From positions 12,586,001-12,650,000 of the forward strand of contig OZ004612.1 in the NCBI GenBank assembly GCA_963924565.1: a stretch of DNA of 64,000 bases, read 5' to 3'. Below are positions 39,252-49,769 of the stretch, one piece after another. Below the pieces are notes generated by a model, which was not told where the DNA came from, ran no database searches, and saw nothing but the letters and a program-made list of their open reading frames with translations. Every line of letters starts with the position of its first letter. Within the stretch, counting starts at the first letter, position 1. The position numbers and the translations under genes are program-made. This DNA comes from Ascidiella aspersa. Lineage: Eukaryota.

Positions 39252-40095
39252 TTAGTGTAGTTTTTTTTGCTATCTAGGTAAGTCGTTTTGAGAAATAGTA
39301 CGTCAAGTCATGGTCAAAGTCATTAGTGGCTGTTTTAGAATTCTACCACAGCGTTCAAACAATTATTAAATCAACACACAATACTTGGATTAGCATCTGG
39401 GTTTGGGATGGTCAAGCTTTATCATTTTAATAATACTTGACCTACCTAAACGCTAACCCGCACCCTAGACCTAAAAGCCAAATAATGTGTGTTGCGGTAG
39501 GATTCTAGACCAGCAAAGTCTGAGTCTAGATAATTACTAATTTGTGGATATGCTCAAATCTCTTTTTCGTGTATAACATTACTTATAGAAAGCTTTGCCT
39601 TTGATCAAATTTTTAACTATAGCCTGGGTATTTTGGTATTAAGTGATATATTCGTTTGTGAAATACTGTGGTTGGAACGGAGATTACTTCCAAACAAAAA
39701 AAAAATTGTGTGTGTTTTTTGTTTGGACTGCACAACAATGTTGGATTTTGTATATAAAAACCTCACAAACACTATTGAAGACCTAATTTAGAAGTGCATA
39801 AGTTTTTTAATAGAAAGTTAGGTTAAACTAAGATCTTTACCAAAGTTGTTTGATATCAGACAATCTGTATAACTAAATACTAACATATGAAAATTATAAC
39901 AAAGTAATTTCATTAAGTACCGTAAATACCATGATAGCTGATTGACAAACACAAGATTGTTTTATAGATCAAAAATGTGGCATTTTGTCATTTTCTCAAG
40001 AAACATTTCACTGATTAGATTTACTATTTAATTAAATTTGACAGATTAATGGTTTTTAGATTACAACTTCAACAAATAAGTGTTTTAATAAAAAT

Positions 40096-40434
40096 ATGTC
40101 TGCATCAAAAAGTCCTATTTCTAAGGCTTTTACACGACAAGGCTGTTGGCCAGATAAAGAAGAATTACTTGATGTTGTTTATTGGGGCAGACAGATTCTA
40201 GCTGTGATGATTGGGATCGTTTGGGGAGTCATTCCACTCAATGGGATCATAGCCATTATTCTCTATGTAGCTGTCACAACATTGGTCATGCAGTTTTATG
40301 TGGCCGAATTTCAGAAGCAGGACATTGAGGAATATGGGGGATTTACTGAACTTGCTAAAGAAGGATTTATGTCAGCCTTGGCCAGCTTTCTGGTGTCTTG
40401 GATTATTACATACTCTGCAATGCACTCATCTTGA
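40096..40434 (+). CDS. RAB5IF: RAB5-interacting factor / OPTI (C20orf24; GEL complex subunit), single coding exon, 112 aa
   Basis: WPDKEELLDVVYWGRQILAVMIGIVWGVIPLNG and EEYGGFTELAKEGFMSALASFLVSWIITYS are characteristic Rab5ip-family segments. Confidence 0.93.
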   Translation: MSASKSPISKAFTRQGCWPDKEELLDVVYWGRQILAVMIGIVWGVIPLNGIIAIILYVAVTTLVMQFYVAEFQKQDIEEYGGFTELAKEGFMSALASFLVSWIITYSAMHSS

Positions 40435-40975
40435 TATAATATATATTTTTCTACTATTTTAAAAAATGTTTCTGGTTCTGGTTGATGCTGAGGAATAAGT
40501 GAATGCAAAAAAAAAACTAAAACCGTTGAAAAATAGTATGAAGAAATATTAGTCTTGTTCTATTGGTTTGATGTATGTTTATTCTGTTACTTGAATGTGC
40601 TTGTGTTTCAATGCCAGCAAAGTTTAGTATTTATTACAAATATTTTATATAATGATTGTGACTGTTGTTTTCAGCGAGTTTTAAATTAAAAAATATATAA
40701 AATATTGCAGATTGAAGTTGGTACTTTTTCTAGTGTGGGTTGTGTTAATTTGCCTGAATTTTTACCATGATTAAAAATGTTGATTACTTATTTTTTTAAA
40801 CTGCAATTTATTTGACTTACAATCATAAAATAATACGTTTCTTGTATTTATTACAAATTTTTGTTTAAAGATATGAGCTGCCAGGCTGATTAAAACCATG
40901 TACTCGTCTGGAAAGTTAGGATAACTTGGTGCTAATTATGAAACTCTGGGATCCCCAAACAGCTTATTGCTCAAA

Positions 40976-42090
40976 ATGAAAAGTTTAAAACAAAAGCAGC
41001 AAACCCTATCAAAACGTGGCAGGACAAAACACAGGAAAAAGAAAAACTCTACTACATCTGACTCATCAAGTTCACCTGACAGAAAGAGTAACATATTAAA
41101 AAAAGAGAAAACCAAATTAAAAAAGAAGAGACAACGCTCATCTTCCAGTAGCTCAAGCTCCCCTGCTCCTAAAAAGTCCAAGAAAACAAAACAAAACAGT
41201 AAATCTAAAAAGAAAAAACGGCAACGGTCAGTGTCCAGTGACTCTTTGTGCTCTCCTAGTAAAAAAACTAGTAAAAAATTGAAGAAAAAGATTTCTAAAC
41301 ACAAAGTCAAACATAAAAAGCGAAGGAGATCCAGTTCATCATCTTCTAGCTTATCAGACACTGTCATAAAAACAAAACTCAAAAAAACAAAAACTGTTAA
41401 GCCTGTTCTACCAAATGAGTTGACTGCGAAAACAGCACCTACACAACAAAAACAAGAAGGTAGTGTTTGTGTATTTACCCTTTTTGGGGACAACTGTAAT
41501 CTTTTGTCATCATATAGTAAGGTTTTCCTGTGGCTGATTAAACGTTAGATTTTTTACTTTTATTAGTGTGCTAATTAGATTAAATAGAGAAAACTGTTTA
41601 AACTCAAACATTTGTTTATATACAATTAAAACCTATACAATTATTTCAATATAATCAATTGGTTAATAGTGATATATATCTAAAACATGCAGTTTATTCC
41701 GATGTCATAAAGAATAACCTAGTTTTGGGGAAAATGACCGGTAATACGTAAGCATCTCGCCCTTTAGTTTAAATCTACATAAAACGCTTTCCTTTGCTTT
41801 TCATTCATAATTGTGTTTGCAAATCGAACCACATTTAATGGCGAACTGTCAATCCAGAGCCCGACGCGCGCTCATTGGCCATGCGTCCGATGACGCAGGA
41901 GGAATGGGCGGCGCGACAAAGCGTGGTGCGGCGCGTGTACGACGAGGAGAGCGGGCGCACGCGGCTGGTGAAAGGAGACGGCGAAATTCTGGAGGAAATT
42001 GTGTCGCGTCAACGCCACCAGGAGATCAACCGACAGGCGACCAAAGGCGACGGCAACGCCTTTCAGACGCGACTAGGTCTCAACAAGTAG
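40976..42090 (+). CDS. ARL6IP4: ADP-ribosylation factor-like 6 interacting protein 4 (SR-25 family), 2 exons, about 238 aa
   Basis: Exon 40976-41459 (Lys/Ser-rich with poly-Ser runs) spliced GT-AG to 41858-42090 encoding [58 protein letters not shown], the conserved SR-25 C-terminus. Confidence 0.93.
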
Positions 42091-43037
42091 CTTCCGCGTT
42101 TGACCGTTGTTCCACGTCTTTTATCGGTTCGAAAGACGAACCTTTGTTTAGTTGGTAGGTAATTTTCAATCGGTCAATAACGCTAAAAGCGGCAATTAGC
42201 TGGCACCTCACAATTATTCGAAAAGTGTTTACTAAAAGTTTGAAATGGAGCGCCGCTACTGGTAGACCTTTGCATAGCGTTCGCGATTTGGAGGTCTTAA
42301 CCGCTTTTCAGCGAGAAAAATGGAATGAAGCTTCAGTGGTACATTTACGAAGAAACGTTGATTAACTACCGGGAACATGCGCGAGAGGGACAGTTGCTGA
42401 CAAGAAAAAACAACAAGTTTTGTGCGCGACGAGCCCATGAAGATGCCAACACTCAAACAAGGTCAACAACCACAGCCCTTTGCTAAAAAAATATACCCAA
42501 TAAAACTGCCTTAGGCGTCACGCGCCAGGAAAGTTTGAGAACAACTGCTTAAAATAATTTTATTGGTTGTAATTCGAGAAAAGGCATTGTGCCTCGAACA
42601 ATAGCTAGCTGAGTCGGATCGTATATTATGTTTTTAAACATGCCAAATCATTTTTTGTTCGTGTCATGGTTTAGTGCACTTTTGTTATAGTTGCAACTCT
42701 TGTTAAAGAAGCATAAATATTTCATACAGCATGACCCGCGCATGTTTCTTACTTTTTCACAATGGCGCATTAGCCCCCATGTTCTTTCACAGAGCTTGCA
42801 TTTTTGTGCAACATTGTCCAAAAAAAATATATTTTTTTCCAATGCGTTAATTCACATTACAGATATAGATTAAACTAAAAAGCCTTGTTATAATTTCCCT
42901 GTGTCGGTTTGTGCTGACAACTCACTTAGGACCACACGTTCTTCCTTCGCGTTTCTTACTTTTTTTAAAAAAACGCGGCGTTACGCTGCAAAATCTGGGC
43001 GTTGACTTCAGCGGAGCAAACGATAGACGACAAGAAC

Positions 43038-45592
43038 TCAAAAAATTCGGGCCACCGAATTTCGTTTTGGTGACTTGGATTTGCCCGGTGGCCCGGCCAG
43101 GCGCTTTTTGCCCGGCCCAAGGCTCTTGCCCTTGGGCGACTGCTGGGCCGGTCGGGACAGGCGTTCCAACCGCTCGGCAAGCTCCGGGTACAGCTTATCG
43201 ATGTTGTTGAGCAGTGGTTCGTACTTGTGCGGCTCCAAGTCAACGTTGGCGGATCCTGACCCAAAAAAGTAACTTATTTCGCTATGGAAAAGGCCGAACA
43301 TATTGTATTTTACGCGTTTTTGTTCTATCGGTATTTATTTGGTTTAATAACCCGCATAAACAAACGTTAAACGGAACGTAAAATCGCGGTTAAAAGTAAA
43401 TAAAATATATCAAAAATTCAAGATATAAGCGCCGTCTTATTTAATCCGTTTTGACCTGCTTTTCTGTTGCCTGTCTTGTACCGGATATTTTATTGCTAAA
43501 ATGTAACTTTGGCTAAAAAAAACTAAAAAAAAAAAAAATATTTTACTTGCATTACACAGCATAAAAGTCCGAAATGTGATAATCAAATCGCTCACATCGC
43601 TTTATGTTATAGCCTAAACCCGTGGTCGGCAAACGCCGGTCCGCGGACCGGTACCGGTCCGTAGCAGGGTTGTAAGATTAAAATTTTGTTGAAAAACGAA
43701 CTTAAATATCCTTATTTTGAGAAGCTGGTAAGAATATAGGAATAGGTAATTATGTTATACCAGCGTAATTTAAGAAAAAAACGTAAAGGCCTAAAAGTGT
43801 TATTGAAATGAGCCGCGGGCTGGGTGAAACTAAATTGTTTGGCTGGCCCGATGCCGCTCGCGGGTTTCAGTAAGTTCAATAATTCTTAGATGGGAGCATC
43901 TCTTTGCGGCAAAACAAGCATAAAGTTCGCATTAAAAGTTGTAATAAATTTCCTTTCCTGAACATTTGTTGTTTTTTCAAGGCCGGTACCCGACAAAATT
44001 TTAGTTTTAAACCGGTCCGCAGTACAAAAAATGTTTCCGACCCCTGGCCTAAACCACTTACTCTTCTTGTGGAATTTAACAGCAAAATACCACAAATCTT
44101 ATCCTTTTTAATATCAGCCTGGCATTTTTTAAATTTAGGCGAGAATCCAAATACGGTCGCCAGCAATTAAGTGAGGGTAGCATGTTCGTTTCACTGTAGT
44201 GTGGTTATCAAGCAAAGGCACAACATTTCTACAGCTCTACACTTATAGCCATACTTACGTGTGACACTGACGAGGACATATTTTCTCCTGCCCTCCAAGT
44301 GCAAGCTCGCGTACTCCGTGATGTTGTCTTTGTCGGAGATGTTCGACACGTGACCACTTTCATCCACTAAGTCCAATGTAGCTGGACAAAAAAGCGACTA
44401 ATTACACTAGATAGGTCTTTCCAGTACTCTTAAACGCCCAAAATGTTGACATAAGCAGTAACCAGTGGGTCGCAAAGCATTTTTAAATGTTACAGTTTTT
44501 TATTAGAGCGGGAGAGTATTGCATTACCATTATGTAACATTAATGCAACTATGATCACAAATACGTAACAATTAGATGTGTTGTGTCGCATTAACTATTT
44601 CAGTCCGTACACCAGTAGTAAAGATGCAGGTTTTATGTAACTTTGTTTGTTTGGTCAGACCTCATTGTGGGTCGCCCAATAAAACTTGCGCTAAAATGGG
44701 TCGCAAATTGAAAAAGGTTGGGAAGCACTGGCTATTAGTGTATTTTTTATCAGAACACACAATAAACCACACTACAATACATGAATAAACAAACGCTAAA
44801 TTAACACAAAATTTATGATTATTCTTCTCACTTTCTTCGCTGCAGTTGCATTTCTCCCGTATGCATTCAAGCAGGAGCAGGCTTTTACAGTGAGGGTTGA
44901 AGAGCTCTTCTTTGTTATCTTTGCGTTAAAACACAAAAATGTTTATAGGGTTGTGACTATGGTGCGATTGTTTTTGACTTAAAAATTTAGAAATTTTGAC
45001 CTAAAAATATTTTTTGACATTATTTTAAACTATTATAAAAACATTGATTTAAACGACGCATTGTTGTATGAAGTACGGTACGACATTAGTGCCTCAGCGT
45101 CGTCAGCAGTCACTAGTTTTTGATGTTTAACTGATGACCGGTGAAAGAGAAATCAGTCATTTTTTTTTTTTTGGATTTATGCAATACTCTTGAAAATGCT
45201 TAGTTGATATTTTTGTAATATTAAAAAAAACACAAACAACCTAAAAGTGGTGAAAAAAGACGCGGGTTGTTTTAGAAATTTGTTTAGTAAACAGTTTAGT
45301 TAGGTTAGAAGGTAAAAAATAATTACAAAAAATCAAGAAAATCTCTCATATTATCATAATAGGGATGGGGTATTGGACACGCCTAAAAAATACGTTACTG
45401 TACTAAAATTCGGCAAATCAGAGATACACAAATTCGGCAAAATCAGAGACTCCAGTCAAAAAATAATCGCCCCATTAATGACACGATATATAAAAAAAAT
45501 ATTATGATCGCATTTTGTTACAAAATTAAGTAGGCTACTGGTACGATTAACTTACCTCCGTATTTGACTGTAATAAAAAGTTGGTTCGACAT
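43038..45592 (-). CDS. CXorf65/C22orf15-like uncharacterised protein, 4 exons, about 154 aa
   Basis: Exons 45592-45556, 44918-44832, 44381-44259, 43255-43038, in frame and GT-AG: MSNQLFITVKYGDNKEELFNPHCKSLLLLECIREKC..TLDLVDESG..YASLHLEGRRKYVLVSV..YEPLLNN, then a basic tail. Confidence 0.8.
43620..44046. mobile_element. hAT-type MITE
   Basis: Ends CCGTGGTCGGCAAAC ... GTTTCCGACCCCTG; perfect 8-bp duplication GCCTAAAC on both sides; subterminal CCGGTCCG motifs. Confidence 0.85.
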
Positions 45593-46003
45593 ATTGGGTG
45601 CGTTGCTTTACGTGTTGATTGGTAGACGTTCTGTTAAAATAATAAATCAACTGTAAAGAAGACATTTGGATTGGTTAGCCTACTTCTTACGTAGTACTAC
45701 CAACCTTAATTATTGAATTTTCTTTGACATTTTCTGATGCAATTTAAGCGAAGCAAATTTCTCTCACAAAACACTGTTTATTACGTAACAAATATTTAAA
45801 AATAAATTTAAGTAAGCCAGGAAAGGTTGATTTCGAATTGCCTGTTTAGTCGTTTTACATAGTTAATTACATTTCTTTCACATGGATTTTTTGTTTGTTC
45901 AACAAAAGAATCAAATAAGAAGATGAAATGCATAAACAAAAACATGTGCGATAAACTTTAACTGTTGTAGCGTATCATTCTGCGTTCACACTCATGTAAT
46001 TAA

Positions 46004-46482
46004 CAGTGTTGTAATGAAATTAACAGTGTTGTAATGCACTTAAGTCACTGTTTTTAAACGACTTGACTTGACTTAAGTCATTTGGGAAAAATGACTTGAC
46101 TTGACTTAAGTCATTTGGACAAATGACTTGGGTTAAAATAAAGCGTTTTTTTCAAATATTTTTTTATAAAATTGAGCCTTTTATCCAAATTTTAGCACAT
46201 AAAACAAATTGCTTGCTATATGTTGCGTTTTTTCTTATTTTTTAGTTCAGTTATTGCTCATAATCATACAAATTTAAAAATTTTAATAGTTTAAAATTTT
46301 ATTTTTTAACAAGGACATGACTTAAAGTTGACTTGCTCTGATTATGACTTGACTGGGATTTGACTTGCGCAACTGATGACTTGGACTGGGACTTGACTTG
46401 TTATTTGACTTGGACTTAAGTTGTTTTACAAATGACTTGACTGGGACTTAAGTCAATTTAAAATGACTTGTTTACAACATTG
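46004..46482. mobile_element. hAT-type MITE (GACTTGACTT family)
   Basis: TIR CAGTGTTGTAA / TTACAACATTG; perfect 8-bp duplication GTAATTAA; many internal GACTT repeats; the left end has a local ~20-bp tandem duplication. Confidence 0.88.
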
Positions 46483-48279
46483 GTAATTAATCCAATTGTG
46501 TAAAATGCTTAACATGGCAGCAACAGCTACATAAAGATCCCTGTGGCAATTCTATACAATCTTTGTTTTGTGACGTCAATGCTGCTAAATTACTTGGCGT
46601 TGTTAATACGCTTTTGCAGCACTGTTGAAATTCTAGTCAGGTTTATATTTCTCGCCTATAACTTCTATCTATGAAGCTGACAGCATACAAATAATTTAAG
46701 CTAGAAAATAAAAATCTTAATGCAATTACAGTCAAGCGATAGCACGCGAGTGAATGTCGGCACAAAGCAGCAATCGAAGAGCCTCGTCTGAAGCATTTAG
46801 AAACTCGGAAAGCCGACAATGAAAATCGTGTTGTTGTTGTTGCTGTTATTTGAAAGGTGTGGTGAAAGGAGGCAAAAGGTATTGACCCAAGCGATATTCG
46901 TTGCCTCGTCTTATCGTCTTGCGACCGCACAATACGCAGTGAGAGCGCCTGTGGTATTGGTGTTTGTCGTGCGTGACCGTCTGAGATAGCTGGTATTTTG
47001 CGACTGCCGTGTTTGAAAACGCGCGCCCATAACGCCGACACTTTTGTGAGTTTAATCCCCCACAAAATAACAGATGAGGCGACGTGTCAGCGCCGGAAAG
47101 TATTGTTAAAGAGGCTGAAACGACTCCAAATTGCTGCGGTTCGTCAAAAACTACACTCAAAGCGGTTAAGACTACAATTTTTTTGCATTCCAAATAAACA
47201 CTGACAAAACTAAACCAACTCGTCGATAAAAGCAGATAAGGCGCGAACTGAAAAACTTTTTATAGACCTATTTTATTTGAGTTGTGTAAATTAGAAATTT
47301 CTTTTCTTAACATAAAAACATAATTGGTGTTTAATGATCCATTAGACTAGGTAAAACAACAATTAGTAACACAGGATTTTCTGCCACCAGTCACCTGCAT
47401 AAGCTACGTATTAATGTTCTTCTTGTGTTCACCGGCAATTCAATCAGGAAAAAGCCATTTTAATTTGCTCAACCTACTTGAATAAAAATACACGCTGTTC
47501 ACTTTTTTTTAAATAAACGAGGACATACCTATATCGCTATACTTGTAAAGATTCAACTTTTTAACAGTATTTACAAGCTACTAAGTTCCATAAAAGATAC
47601 AAATATATATTCCAGCTACTGATACAACAGACCATTTCAATCAAATGACAAGGCATAGTTATTCGCGCGATAAGATTACTTGGGAATCCGATATCGGGTT
47701 CCGCTGATATGTTTGCGGGTGGCAACGTGTGTAACCTAACACCCGGACCATAAACCATCCAAATCATCTGTTAACCACGTGTACTCTCGTTCTCCTAAAC
47801 CAGGGTTCGGCAACCTACAAGTCCCGCGGCCCGGCCGACATTAACTAGTCGACAGGCCCACCACCTCTTTTACAAACAAGGCACGAGGCCAATCACAATT
47901 TTTTTGTTATTTTACTCATCTAAATGTAAAATAAATTATCTTATTGATCCATCTAATCTAGTTGTTTGCGTCTTGAAGGTGTAGACTGTAGACAAACGAC
48001 CCATGTCTGTTTGTGCTTGTAATTATAGCGTGTTCGCCTAGTAAAGTTTTAAATATTTCACTTTTTTCCTTTCCTGGCCGTTCTGGCACATCCAACCGGC
48101 ATTTCGACTTAGCTAATGCCCAACTCAGTCGCTCTTGTGCTATATAGTGTCACGCTGCTCCTGGATAAAAAAACTCCAGTCAACAAATGCATGCCTTGCT
48201 TTCGGGCCGCGTTTTTACTGCGCTGTAAACTATTTTATTGAAAGCGAACTATGCTGAATTCGGTGAATGTACAATAAAC

Positions 48280-48471
48280 CTATAAGCGACCTGACAGTAT
48301 GCACTTTGAAATGCAATGACAGTTTGTTTTAGTTTTGATATAGTGGAGTTCAGATAGTACGGTGGTCATGTCTCACCTGTTGAAATATACATTGGTGACC
48401 CCGACGTGATATGAACACGCAATTAAACCGTTCTAAATTAAATTTTATGCATACTGTCAGGTTGCGCATAG
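48280..48471. mobile_element. Small inverted-repeat element carrying a 45-bp copy of nearby DNA
   Basis: About 24-bp inverted ends CTATAAGCGACCTGACAGTATGCA / TGCATACTGTCAGGTTGCGCATAG; internal 48346-48390 is identical to 48869-48913. Confidence 0.55.
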
Positions 48472-49769
48472 AAAGTATGAATTAATATGGTTTGCTAGTG
48501 CAGTTTCTCGCTTGTAAGTATTTTCAAGTTACGCCGATCAGTTATGATTTGTTGAAACGTTTGTTGCCAAGTTTACGCCAGCGTTACTGCTTGTTTAATT
48601 GATATTTGATAAGTATAGCCCTTTTTGGTAAAGTTTTTAAGGTGAAAATATTACGATCGAGGTTGAACACCTCTCGTGATATCTAATCTCAAAACCAATA
48701 AACGGATAGATTCCATCTTAACCAGCACTTGCAGAAGTCGTTACTTTTTGTCTGAAATCCCTGCGTCACTTAACCGCTATCATTTATTAGAAGGAAAACA
48801 TAGCAGAAGGCCAAACCTTGTTGCCAATTCCCCAAATAACGCGAGATTTATCACACTTGGTACTGCAAGAGTTCAGATAGTACGGTGGTCATGTCTCACC
48901 TGTTGAAATATACGATGGCATCTTTTCTGTCTTAAGGCTTTATGCTTACCCTGGGACTATCAATAATAAAAAAAATTACCAACTATAAGTGTCTCAATGC
49001 ATTTTATAGCGCTTTGCAAGAATCTGTTTGAAAGTATGAACACAACATCAAGAGTTAAACTGTCTTTTAACTTATACCATAAAGTAGATCACGGGGTTCT
49101 TAAACTTTTTGGGATCGCACCTTTCTAAGCATACACAGTTGTTCAAAACTCGACCCCTCTATAATGTGTTTCATAGCAACAAAGTCCATGTGTGCTTACA
49201 ACCTGCATTATACAGACAGTGTTTTCATATTAACATAAACTGCGCTTAGTAAAAACAGGTGCTTAAAATGATAAACCGTGTTATTATATTTTTTTTAAAA
49301 GAGTGATTTTAAACCCAATGCGATAAACTAGGCCGGGATGGTTAATTCTTTCAGCTCACGTATACCGTATAATCCTGATATTATTAAAAATATATTGAAG
49401 TTTAAATGTCTTATAAAAACTAAATTGTTTTGATAAAATAATTTTTCTATTTTGAAAATCATTTATGTGTCCTTTTAATTTTGAATTAAAATAATTTTGA
49501 CAAATATTGACTTTAACGAGTAAGTTTTGAAAAATTTTCGACTTTTTGACAAGTCAATAAATAATCGCCCGAGTAATAATGTAATGCATTTCTCAGATTG
49601 TTATTCATAATGGGTATTACTGCTGGGAAAATTGGATATACTCGCTTTACCCAGTGTTCTTGTCCGACATAATACATACATCAATTTTAGTTGGATGTTG
49701 TATGTTTTACACATTAAAAGCGCCAATCCAACGATAAAAACCACTCCCAACACGGACGAATAAAGGGTG

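Noticed and set aside
40873-40924. Upstream ATGs before ARL6IP4, one in frame at 40898
   Set aside because: Both close within 6-8 codons at TAA; at most small uORFs, so 40976 was taken as the start.
40936-41493. 185-aa hydrophobic minus-strand ORF
   Set aside because: Antisense of the Lys/Ser-rich ARL6IP4 exon; AAA codons read as Phe/Leu.
46040-46470. GACTTGACTT repeats as a regulatory array
   Set aside because: Internal repeats of a MITE with TIRs and a perfect 8-bp duplication.
46643-47204. Cluster of 68-140 aa ORFs
   Set aside because: No recognisable motif or consistent splice structure; probably non-coding upstream DNA.
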